From Candidatus Cloacimonadales bacterium (GTDB taxonomy: Bacteria; Cloacimonadota; Cloacimonadia; Cloacimonadales; DAONDQ01): a stretch of 64,000 nt of DNA. The position numbers and the translations under genes are program-made. The notes beneath the pieces are model-generated. The model was not told the DNA's origin and did no database searches. It saw nothing but the letters and a program-made list of their open reading frames with translations. The DNA lies in the NCBI GenBank assembly GCA_963662275.1, contig OY759316.1:32001-96000 (forward strand), read 5' to 3'. Of this stretch, positions 9,736 to 18,911 are shown piece after piece (the first letter of the stretch is position 1; each line of letters starts with the position of its first letter).

Positions 9736-12033
9736 TTATTTCAGAAGAACCGCTTTATGTGTAGCAATACGTTTTCCATCCACTTCCAAAGTATAAAAGT
9801 AAATACCGGAAGCTTGTTCAGTGGCAAGCCAAGTGATTTTTCCTTCATGTTTCTGTTTTTCGGACAGTAAGAATTCCTTCACTTGCTGTCCACGAATATT
9901 ATAAATATTTATTTTAGCATTATCAGTATTTACGTTCAGCAAACTGAATCGGATCGTTGTTTCAGGATTAAATGGATTTGGATAATTCTGGCTTAAAGAC
10001 ATTACCGGTAATGAAGGAACTGTCTGATCATTATTTGCAGTAGCAGAGGCATTTCCCGTAACAATATTGATATTGTCAATTGTCCAACCCGGATCCGTGA
10101 GATCTGTATTCTGGGACTGATCTGTCAGCCTGAATCTCAAGTAAATTGGCTGCCAAAGATACTCATCAAGACTGATATAGATTGGATGCCAGGTATCATA
10201 TTGACCGGATTGGATATATAAAGTATCCCAATCTACATTATCTGTAGATATCTCTACTCTAGCATAATCATAATCCCATTCTGTATACAGATGCTGCCAA
10301 AAAGAGAGATAAGCTCGCTGAAGTTGAGGTAGAAAGATGGTTTGTGAAGTTGTGATGTTGACATCACAATTTACGGAATAAAAACCTAAACCTCCCCAAC
10401 TATCGGTTAATGCATATCCCTGGTGAGAAAGCTGGTTTTCAAGAACCCATGGTCCTGTGATAGTCCATTGTGCTGTTCCATTTTCCCAATTCTCAGTGAA
10501 AATGGTTTGCGCTGTTGAAAGATCTATATTCAAACCATGCTGACCACCTGTAACATGAAGAGAGTCAATATAGGGAAAATATCCCGGTGAAGTAATCATG
10601 ATCTTATGAGTACCTTCAAACGTCTGGAATGAGTAATTGCCATCTACTGTATAAATTGTATCAGGGGGATTATCATAAACAATGATTTGCGCCGGTCGAG
10701 GAGTTCCTGCCCCGAATATTGTACCTGAATAGGTTGCAATTGGCAAAGGTGTTAATTGCACATCCCTGATCGTCCAGAATGAGTTCAAAACAGTGACATT
10801 TGCCAATGTTACTGTAGCATATCCCTTTTTGCTGATAGTTACTGTGTAATTTCCCATTTTGAGTGGTCGCCAGAATCTGCCATAAAGAGCATCACTCATT
10901 CGAGGTGCAAAATAAGGTGCTTTTTTTTCTTCGACTGTTATCTCAGCGACTAGTGGTAGCCCTGTCCGGGCATCTGTAATGTGTCCCGTTAACATCGCAT
11001 TAGTTGGTTGTGTACTATGTGACAGTGCACGATTAATCATCCATTTCACACCTTGCGTACAACGCTGAACAGTACCTACCATGATTGTGGAATCCGGTTG
11101 GAGATTTGCTGTCCCGCATTCGATTAAAAGTTGTATTGTACCATAAGCCTGGTAGAACCAATCATTGGTTGCACCCCGGCGACTTTGGGTTGGACTTGGT
11201 TCATACGTTCCAGAACCGGACTCTTTAATAATTTGCCCGGCAGTTCCTTCACCGATTTGCTGTGCCAATTCTAGATCAGGGGAAGGACGTTGATCATACC
11301 AATTGAATGAGTAAAACACTTTTTGGGAAAAGTTTCCAGTCCGCGAGGAATGCCAATTGATCGAATAGATTATATGATGCTGAGCTGCAAAATCACGGAT
11401 AGCCTTCGATTCATTTTCCGAAAAAGGAGCTAAGCCACGATAATAATCGTAGATTTCGGGAGGTGTTGAAGCAAAGAGTGAATCACCATGAACCCAGTTA
11501 AAAGAAAAATTACGATTTGGGTCAACACCATCTATATCAAATCCAACTCGAGGATCATCGTCCCATATATTATTGTTGTTATTATCTCTTTTATTCTTTC
11601 GATAGGAGATATCCAATCCATCCATGACAACATTGTATCCTTCCGGGTTCATTGTAGGGATGAACCATAATTCGGTTGAGGATAACCAGGTGCTATAAGG
11701 AGTTTGAGTCTGATGTGTTAAAATCTCTTTAATATTACTTAACACGATTTCTGTACCTAAAACTTCTTCAGCATGAACTTGTCCAACAAATAGAAGTTCC
11801 GGCTCATCTTCATCCGCACTAACATTGTTGGATACTTTCATGGCATAAATTGGTACATGATCAACTTGCGAATAGCCAATCGTATAAAGTTTCGCCTGGT
11901 TGGGATATTGTTCTTCAATGGAATTCAAGTAAACTTCCAATTCTGGATAAGTATGATAACAGGACGGTAACGTTACTTGAGCCAATAGAATAGAGCATGA
12001 AAATAACATCATAAACAGGATGCTGTTTCGCAT
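9736..12033 (-). CDS. secreted M14 zinc carboxypeptidase with carboxypeptidase-regulatory domains and FlgD/T9SS-like C-terminal domain
   Basis: HAEE, NPEG, RKN, GVDPNRNF, INWHS, IECG; C-terminal NYPNPFNPETTI...KAVLLK; signal peptide. Confidence 0.9.
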   Translation of the reverse strand: MRNSILFMMLFSCSILLAQVTLPSCYHTYPELEVYLNSIEEQYPNQAKLYTIGYSQVDHVPIYAMKVSNNVSADEDEPELLFVGQVHAEEVLGTEIVLSNIKEILTHQTQTPYSTWLSSTELWFIPTMNPEGYNVVMDGLDISYRKNKRDNNNNNIWDDDPRVGFDIDGVDPNRNFSFNWVHGDSLFASTPPEIYDYYRGLAPFSENESKAIRDFAAQHHIIYSINWHSSRTGNFSQKVFYSFNWYDQRPSPDLELAQQIGEGTAGQIIKESGSGTYEPSPTQSRRGATNDWFYQAYGTIQLLIECGTANLQPDSTIMVGTVQRCTQGVKWMINRALSHSTQPTNAMLTGHITDARTGLPLVAEITVEEKKAPYFAPRMSDALYGRFWRPLKMGNYTVTISKKGYATVTLANVTVLNSFWTIRDVQLTPLPIATYSGTIFGAGTPRPAQIIVYDNPPDTIYTVDGNYSFQTFEGTHKIMITSPGYFPYIDSLHVTGGQHGLNIDLSTAQTIFTENWENGTAQWTITGPWVLENQLSHQGYALTDSWGGLGFYSVNCDVNITTSQTIFLPQLQRAYLSFWQHLYTEWDYDYARVEISTDNVDWDTLYIQSGQYDTWHPIYISLDEYLWQPIYLRFRLTDQSQNTDLTDPGWTIDNINIVTGNASATANNDQTVPSLPVMSLSQNYPNPFNPETTIRFSLLNVNTDNAKINIYNIRGQQVKEFLLSEKQKHEGKITWLATEQASGIYFYTLEVDGKRIATHKAVLLK

Positions 12034-12362
12034 CTTTCCTCCGTATGTTGGATGGTCTCACTATAGGTAATTATCTAATCACTGTAGATGAGGCATTTGA
12101 TTCTTATTATTTGTCAAGAACAAAGCAAATTTAGAACCATATCCTTTGAGTATTCAATATTGAGTTCAAATTCCTCCTGAAAAAAAAGCTAGAAATGTCA
12201 GCAATTACGACATAATATTATGACTGTTTATGGTTATTGTAACTTTATAGCGACACGGATTTTCATAAAAAGCTTCATTTTATAATACTTTATGCGATTA
12301 TCTTCTTGGAACACAATATGCAATTCTATATCATTGCTTTATTAATAATAAGGAGTCATGAT

Positions 12363-14015
12363 ATGATGAAGAACAAGCTTATCCTGATTATTTTTGTATT
12401 AATTCTAGTTCTTCCAATTTGTGCAGAAACGATACGAGAAACACGAACAATTGAAACGTTCCCTTTTATAGAGAACTTTGAATCTGTCACTCTTCCTGCC
12501 TTTCCAACTGGTTGGACAGTTGAAGACACAAACGCAGATGGGATTACTTGGGATTCAAGAGCTATCAATGGCTGGTCAGAACCTTATGCTGTTGCCTGTG
12601 ATTATAGTTTCACAGAGCCCATGAATGATTGGTTTTTTACACCCAGTTTACATCTGATCAATGGCGTTACCTATCGTATCATATTTTCCTATAAATGTGA
12701 ATATGCAGAATATCCTGAAAAACTGGAAATCAAATGGGGGGAAGCACCTAACTCAGCCAGTATGCTATCTGATGCCATATTCTCCAATACAAATATTGTG
12801 AATGGAGCCTTCCAAGAGGTAACAGTTGCCTTTAGTGTAACACCCCAGGGCAGAGACGGAAGAGCTTTCTATAATATTGGTTGGCATGGCTTTAGTGATA
12901 CATATCAATGGACTCTTTGGGTAGATAATATCACTATTGAAGAGATGCCTTCAGATCCGGTATTTTTTACTGATACATCAAGCTACTACTTTGGTAATCA
13001 GCAAATTTTTTATGACTCGCATCCTAAAAATATTACTATTTCGAACACAGGTGGAGGAATTTTAGCACTAACTTCATGTTCTCTAGTTGGAAGTGATTCA
13101 ACGCAATTTGAATTAATTGATTTAAATACTTACCCTGATAGTATCGGTGTTTATTCTTCTTCTCAAGTCGGAATTCGTTTTCATCCTCAGTCTATTGGAG
13201 CGAAGTCAGTTACTCTGCAATATCTGGAAAATGGTACGATCGTTCATAATATTCCGATCACCGGAATTGGAGTGGATAATACTATCACTTCATTCCCTTT
13301 CAATGAAGACTTCGAAACCGGAGGATTACCAACCAACTGGATAAAACTTGCTGACGGTGCCGGATGGAGATTTGGAACTAACCTGGGCAGAGGAACATAT
13401 CCTATTCCTGCTCATACAACTTATGCCGCTGTAAATAAAAATACATCAATCTTTGAATATGACCCTTTACCTGGGCGAAATGACTTTCTTATCCCTCCTC
13501 CCTTTGATTTGACAGCGGGAGTTGGTATTCCACATTTTACTTTTTCCAGTTATTTTGCCTATCTAATGGATAACATTGGTGAACATGCTACGGTTGAATA
13601 TTCAATAGATGGAACAAACTGGAATTTGCTTGCAGAAGTACCAGTATATAATAGTGGATGGAAATTCATTGATATCAATCTGAGTGCATATCAAACTTGC
13701 ACCTGTTTCTTCATTCGTTTCCATGGTGATGATATGGGAATCGATCATGCCACAGGCTGGGCAATCGATGATGTGAATCTATTATTTGTCGATCCAACAC
13801 CAACACCGCCTATTAGTATCAATGTCACAGTAACTGGTACCTTAGTAAATCTTACTTGGGAACCAGTACTTTACGTATCAGGTTATCGAGTTTATTCTGC
13901 TCCCGATCCACATTCAAATTTATGGACTGAAGAAACTGGCATAATTACCACAACTAGCTGGTCAGGTAATACGTCTCTTATCCGAAAATTCTTTAGAATT
14001 GGATCTGTCAGATAG
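12363..14015 (+). CDS. secreted cleaved-adhesin/choice-of-anchor J plus Ig-like (ASH/anchor-D) protein
   Basis: Signal peptide; FIENFES..PTGWTVED..DGITW and NDWFFTP; ITISNTGGGIL; second FNEDFE..GWAIDDV domain; AAGGAG RBS. Confidence 0.7.
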   Translation: MMKNKLILIIFVLILVLPICAETIRETRTIETFPFIENFESVTLPAFPTGWTVEDTNADGITWDSRAINGWSEPYAVACDYSFTEPMNDWFFTPSLHLINGVTYRIIFSYKCEYAEYPEKLEIKWGEAPNSASMLSDAIFSNTNIVNGAFQEVTVAFSVTPQGRDGRAFYNIGWHGFSDTYQWTLWVDNITIEEMPSDPVFFTDTSSYYFGNQQIFYDSHPKNITISNTGGGILALTSCSLVGSDSTQFELIDLNTYPDSIGVYSSSQVGIRFHPQSIGAKSVTLQYLENGTIVHNIPITGIGVDNTITSFPFNEDFETGGLPTNWIKLADGAGWRFGTNLGRGTYPIPAHTTYAAVNKNTSIFEYDPLPGRNDFLIPPPFDLTAGVGIPHFTFSSYFAYLMDNIGEHATVEYSIDGTNWNLLAEVPVYNSGWKFIDINLSAYQTCTCFFIRFHGDDMGIDHATGWAIDDVNLLFVDPTPTPPISINVTVTGTLVNLTWEPVLYVSGYRVYSAPDPHSNLWTEETGIITTTSWSGNTSLIRKFFRIGSVR

Positions 14016-14057
14016 TATAAAGTACTTCACTCATTATTCCTTGTAATTGACAATATC

Positions 14058-14092
14058 AAAGCCCATGGTAAAAATCATGGGCTTTCATTTTT
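14058..14092 (+). terminator. intrinsic terminator
   Basis: AAAGCCCATG-loop-CATGGGCTTT followed by a T-rich tract. Confidence 0.75.
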
Positions 14093-14124
14093 CTTCAGCA
14101 AAATACCAGTAGAATTTTGCCAAA

Positions 14125-14153
14125 GTAGAGACGCCCAATTTGGGCGTTTCTAC
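14125..14153. repeat. GTAG-REP-like hairpin GTAGAGACGCCCAATTTGGGCGTTTCTAC
   Basis: Imperfect palindrome with GTAG/CTAC ends. Confidence 0.7.
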
Positions 14154-14252
14154 AGTATCATATTTTGTACAATTACGGATAAAGTGCCTGTATATGTTTT
14201 AGATATTGAATAGATACCAAGCCATTGTAACTAGTCATAAGACAAATAATTC

Positions 14253-14281
14253 TTGACGGAAATAGGATAGATTCATATTAT
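14253..14281 (+). promoter_or_regulatory. sigma70-type promoter
   Basis: TTGACG-17 nt-TATTAT, 32 nt before the ATG, with AAGGAG RBS. Confidence 0.6.
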
Positions 14282-14313
14282 ATTTAATATCATTTATTAC
14301 TAAGGAGTAATCT

Positions 14314-15402
14314 ATGCGAATTATCTTACTTATTGTCATAGCACTATCCCTCATGTGTAGTCTGTTGGCAATTCCTACGCTCCAAGTAATTAAGACTCAT
14401 GATTATATCTACGTAAATCGAACCGTCATTGTGTTTAGTAATCAAGTAAAATATCTTTATAAGACTAATACTGCAGATAGTACACTCCAAATTAGAATAC
14501 TGAGTGCAGCTAAAGCTGAAAACTATGTTGAACCTATAATTGATGATAGTAAAGTGGTACGTTCAATTTTGGTTGAGCCAAAAAAATCAGGATTGGAAGT
14601 GGTGATAAAAACGAACATGACTTATCGTGCTGACATCATGACTCTCAGTGAAGATGGTTATAAGATCGTCCTGGATATTTTCCAGAAGGAATCTCCTTTT
14701 ACATATGATGCCGGGCTGGGTATTGCCAATTTTTATCTGTCCACTCATCAATTTGTGACAGCAAAAAGATTATTTAGCAAGCTTGAGGCGGATTACCCGG
14801 AAAAGAAGGAAATGAACTATTATTTTGCCAAGAACCTCGTTAGAATGAATCGATTTACGGAAGCCTTAAAAAGACTTGATCTCGTACCTGCCACTTCCAG
14901 AGAGTATGAGTTTTCCCAAATCCTGATCGAGAAATTTAAAAGCATACAGAGATATTCTGAATTTTCCCAGGATTTCCTGGATAGTGATTTCGATATCGCA
15001 CTTTCGTCACCTGTTGCTGTTAAGGATACTACGCTAAATTCTTCAAAAGTGATTTCTCCATCCAAAGCTCAGGTGAAACATAAGAAACCTTCACTATTAA
15101 CGGTATTGGCAACTGCCCAGATTCCTTTATGGTTGGCTCTTGCTTTGATACTGCTGCTGATCATTATTAATGCGATCATGCTGGAAATAACACATAAACA
15201 GTCTAGAAAAGCAACAGCATTCAACAATAGCAAGGAATCTGCCAGTGAACCTACTTTGTTTATCGATGAAGAAGCAAAACGGAAAATGATCTCCAAATTA
15301 ATGCGGGATGGCTGGAGTAACAAAGAGATTGCCAAAGAGCTTCATATTTCGGAAAAAGATACGGAACTAATTGTCAAACAACTATCTGTTACAGATTTCT
15401 AG
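14314..15402 (+). CDS. exported AMIN-like plus TPR protein with internal TM helix and C-terminal HTH-like segment
   Basis: Signal peptide; YKIVLDI (AMIN-like end); TPR-like helices; hydrophobic IPLWLALALILLLIII; GWSNKEIAKELHISEKDTEL. Confidence 0.55.
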   Translation: MRIILLIVIALSLMCSLLAIPTLQVIKTHDYIYVNRTVIVFSNQVKYLYKTNTADSTLQIRILSAAKAENYVEPIIDDSKVVRSILVEPKKSGLEVVIKTNMTYRADIMTLSEDGYKIVLDIFQKESPFTYDAGLGIANFYLSTHQFVTAKRLFSKLEADYPEKKEMNYYFAKNLVRMNRFTEALKRLDLVPATSREYEFSQILIEKFKSIQRYSEFSQDFLDSDFDIALSSPVAVKDTTLNSSKVISPSKAQVKHKKPSLLTVLATAQIPLWLALALILLLIIINAIMLEITHKQSRKATAFNNSKESASEPTLFIDEEAKRKMISKLMRDGWSNKEIAKELHISEKDTELIVKQLSVTDF

Positions 15403-15421
15403 AGAAATTTATTAGGATGAT

Positions 15422-16972
15422 ATGAAGTTACTTATTTTATGCATATTGTTTTCCTGCCTCGTTGTTACGGGGCAGGATTTTTTATACGGTTTGGAATATC
15501 AACCCGATATACATTCCAGGATTAATCAATCTTTCAATGAAGATCCTGTTCAATTCTCCATGATGTACAATGAAAACAGCTACGATGCCAAAGGTACCGA
15601 GTTTGCGTTATCATCCGTAAAAATAGCAAAGAGATCCATAATGCGATATCTCTCTCCTTCAGATACAGAAGGAATCATGTTTCGTTATACACCAAAGTAT
15701 CCTGAGCAAGACTTAATGATTCGTATTTTGGGTGGTTTTGATTACAACCAAAATAGTAATGAGCATTACTTTTTCGTATATAAGGGGTTAAGGCTTCAAT
15801 CACAGATTACCAAGAACATCAGTATCAATGGATATTGGTGGGCTGGTCAATTTAGAGGAGATAAGAATTATTATAACAAATCTCCCTTGATTGACGGATA
15901 TTATCAACCTGATAAAGAAGTGGTATACTTGGATAACTTACAGGGATCTCTAAGATATGATGTTAGTAATGTTCATGTCTCCCTTGGTAGAGGTAAGTTC
16001 CAGGAAGGAGATAATATTAGCGGCAGCATCATACTCAATAATGCAGCTAATGACTACGGATACTTATCCGGTCAGCTTGAATTTGGGACTCTCTCTCTTT
16101 CCTATTTGCATTGTGCATTAACTCCGGATTCATCTGAAGTCGTTTATTACCAGCCTGATGGTCCTGGTTCTGTTGATTCTTATCGTGTAGATAAGTTTCT
16201 TGTCATGCACAAACTGGATTGGAATCCTAGAACCAACTTTATGGGTTTCTTAGGAGAAGAAATTGTTTATGGGAATCGCAGCCTCGATTTAAACTATCTC
16301 ATTCCCCCTGTCTTCTGGCGTATTATTGAACATAACCTGGAAGACCGTGATAATGTTCTCATATTTGGTGGTCTGAAATGGGGTATAACACCACATATTA
16401 CTTTCTATCAAAATACATTATTCGATGAATATACACAAAGCAAGATACTTACTGATTGGTGGGGAAGTAAATATGCCGTACAGGCAGGACTTTCTTATCA
16501 ATTCCATAATCGATTTACAAATCAGGACGACGACCTCATTTCTCGAGTTACGATGGAAGCGACGGCTGTCAGACCCTGGACATATACTCATTTCATCAAG
16601 TGGAATAAGTTCTCCAATGACAATATCGCGATGGGTTATCCCGTTGGTTCAAACTGTATTAATTATTCTTTTGAGACGGACTATCCGATTACAAACAGAA
16701 TATTTATCGCGGTAAATGCTTCCTATTCCAGGCAGGGAAGTGAAGGTAATAAATTCGATTTGAATACTGCTGACCCCTTAGTAATTCCCGATCAATTACA
16801 TACGAAAACCAGATGGTTGGCGGGAACAATTGCAGATACAAAAAGACTGAAGATCATGGCAGAATGGAAACCTCTTGCCCATCATTTCATTAGATTGGGT
16901 ACTACTCTTTCACAAATCAATGAAATGGATTGGACAAAAGATCTAACACTTAGTTATCGAACCGAATTCTAG
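15422..16972 (+). CDS. outer-membrane beta-barrel protein, capsule-assembly Wzi-like
   Basis: SLGRGKFQEG..SGSIILNN, HKLDW, LGEEIVYG, DLNYLIP, RPWTYTH, MGYPVG; C-terminal F. Confidence 0.6.
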   Translation: MKLLILCILFSCLVVTGQDFLYGLEYQPDIHSRINQSFNEDPVQFSMMYNENSYDAKGTEFALSSVKIAKRSIMRYLSPSDTEGIMFRYTPKYPEQDLMIRILGGFDYNQNSNEHYFFVYKGLRLQSQITKNISINGYWWAGQFRGDKNYYNKSPLIDGYYQPDKEVVYLDNLQGSLRYDVSNVHVSLGRGKFQEGDNISGSIILNNAANDYGYLSGQLEFGTLSLSYLHCALTPDSSEVVYYQPDGPGSVDSYRVDKFLVMHKLDWNPRTNFMGFLGEEIVYGNRSLDLNYLIPPVFWRIIEHNLEDRDNVLIFGGLKWGITPHITFYQNTLFDEYTQSKILTDWWGSKYAVQAGLSYQFHNRFTNQDDDLISRVTMEATAVRPWTYTHFIKWNKFSNDNIAMGYPVGSNCINYSFETDYPITNRIFIAVNASYSRQGSEGNKFDLNTADPLVIPDQLHTKTRWLAGTIADTKRLKIMAEWKPLAHHFIRLGTTLSQINEMDWTKDLTLSYRTEF

Positions 16973-16973
16973 T

Positions 16974-18014
16974 ATGGATCTATACATTTTCCTGTTCGCT
17001 ATAATCATCATCAAGATGAGCTTCGCTATGTTTCGCAAATGGAAGATTCAATCATCTCAAAAACTACATTATTCCGTCATAGTAGTCTGTCGTAATGAAG
17101 CTCCCCGTTTACCTTTATTCTTTACATCCCTGGATCAATTGGATTACCCGTCCGATCTGTATGAGATCATACTTGTGGATGATGCATCCCGTGATGGTTC
17201 TGATCAAATGATAAGGGATTATGTTGCAGGAAAATTAAATGGAAAAGCTTTTTTCATTATGGAAAAGGATGAGAATCAATCGGGAAAAAGACAGGCTCTT
17301 TCGCTTGCTGCATCTCATGCAACCGGAGACATATTACTAATGACTGATTCAGATACTGAGGTTCCCCCCAATTGGATTGAATCCTACAATCATTATTTTT
17401 CTTCCTCGATTGGAATGGTCATTGGATATGCCAGGGAAAAGCATCTTGGACTTGTGAAACGAGTAAAAAAGATCTTCTCTGCAGGGATGTTCTGCTCAAC
17501 AGTCGGCATTAATATGCCCTTCAGTTGTTCCGGTGCCAACATAGCAATTAGACGATCTGTTTTTGAGAGTATTGGAGGATACGACAAGTTAGGTCACTTC
17601 CAATCAGGAGATGATAAACTATTATTGAAGAAAGTTGTGAAAGCTTGGGAGAAAGTAGCTTATAATGCAGAAGTTGTTGTCTATGAACAGAATCGTCATT
17701 ATTCTATCCGGGAATACTTGAACCGGGAGTTACGGCATTTTGGTAAATTCAGGCAATCATCAATTATTTATCAGTTTGTTTCTTTACTAGTTTTGGCATT
17801 TTTCCTGTATCTGCCATATTGGTTCATTGTTGAGGGAACTTGGCTATTCTTAGCAACAGCGATACTACCTTTGTACATTTTTTATTCGTTTTCCATGATT
17901 AGACACCATGAGAAATTCCATATTTCTGATTATCTTTTTCTCTTGATTTATCCGTATTATGCTATCTTATTCTCGATTATCGGTACATTCATGAAGGCAA
18001 AATGGAAAGTGTGA
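16974..18014 (+). CDS. glycosyltransferase family 2 with C-terminal TM helices
   Basis: SVIVVCRNE, EIILVDDASRD, GKRQAL, TDSD, GANIAIRR..FESIGGY, SGDD. Confidence 0.9.
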   Translation: MDLYIFLFAIIIIKMSFAMFRKWKIQSSQKLHYSVIVVCRNEAPRLPLFFTSLDQLDYPSDLYEIILVDDASRDGSDQMIRDYVAGKLNGKAFFIMEKDENQSGKRQALSLAASHATGDILLMTDSDTEVPPNWIESYNHYFSSSIGMVIGYAREKHLGLVKRVKKIFSAGMFCSTVGINMPFSCSGANIAIRRSVFESIGGYDKLGHFQSGDDKLLLKKVVKAWEKVAYNAEVVVYEQNRHYSIREYLNRELRHFGKFRQSSIIYQFVSLLVLAFFLYLPYWFIVEGTWLFLATAILPLYIFYSFSMIRHHEKFHISDYLFLLIYPYYAILFSIIGTFMKAKWKV

Positions 18015-18910
18015 CCAAAAAACGACTGATCTTTGTTCTGAAAATTATCATCTCTATCGTGATACTATACCTGATTTTCCGTAAAATAGACATACAGGAA
18101 GTATTTACCAATTTTATGAAGTTCAGTTTGTTCACTTTGTTCATACTGGTACTAACCACAGGTATCAAATTATATCTGCAGTATCGGAATTGGAAGATGA
18201 TGCTGCATATGAATCCCGGCTTCAAGTCAAGAAAAAGGCAAATATTCAAATCTTATCTTATCGGTCTTGCCTTGGGTTTTCTTATACCCGGTGGACATGC
18301 CAGTTTCGGAAAGGTCTTCTTCATCGAAAACACGAGTAAGAGACGAACATTTATTTCTATTTTGACGGAAAAGTTCTTCATTACTTGGACGAATTGGTTC
18401 TTTGCAATTTGGGCTACCTTTTTCTATTTCTATAATGTCTCATTGGGATTGAAGATAACAGGCGCTTTCCTGATTACTTTTCTGCCGATGTTCATATATT
18501 TTGGAATGTTACTGAAGCCAACCCTGGAGCCTCTTCGCCAGGAATTCAGGAAAGTAGCCCCGCTTGTTATGTTGAACCAGATAATAACGGTCTTTTTCAC
18601 TTTTGTACAATACTGGATTATTTTGTTAACTTTCTACCCGATTCGGTTTGATGAAGTAGCGATTTCTACTTCTCTCATCCTTTTTTCTAATACCATACCG
18701 ATTACCTTCTCCGGTTTGGGGTTAAGAGAAACGTTTGCTGTCTTCATTCTGCAAAGGTATCATATCAAAGCTGAGTATGCGGTAACCGCTTCATTGACGA
18801 TCTTCTTCATGACTTGTGTCTTGCCGGCATTGGTTGGTTTGTTTCTTATGCTGCAAGAAAAAAAGAAGCATCCAGGGGATGCTTCTTTCAAACAAATGCT
18901 TTCTGATTAA
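18002..18910 (+). CDS. lysylphosphatidylglycerol synthase TM-domain (flippase-like) membrane protein
   Basis: LKIIISIVIL, multiple TM helices, IPITFSGLGLRE. Confidence 0.85.
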   Translation: MESVTKKRLIFVLKIIISIVILYLIFRKIDIQEVFTNFMKFSLFTLFILVLTTGIKLYLQYRNWKMMLHMNPGFKSRKRQIFKSYLIGLALGFLIPGGHASFGKVFFIENTSKRRTFISILTEKFFITWTNWFFAIWATFFYFYNVSLGLKITGAFLITFLPMFIYFGMLLKPTLEPLRQEFRKVAPLVMLNQIITVFFTFVQYWIILLTFYPIRFDEVAISTSLILFSNTIPITFSGLGLRETFAVFILQRYHIKAEYAVTASLTIFFMTCVLPALVGLFLMLQEKKKHPGDASFKQMLSD

Positions 18911-18911
18911 C

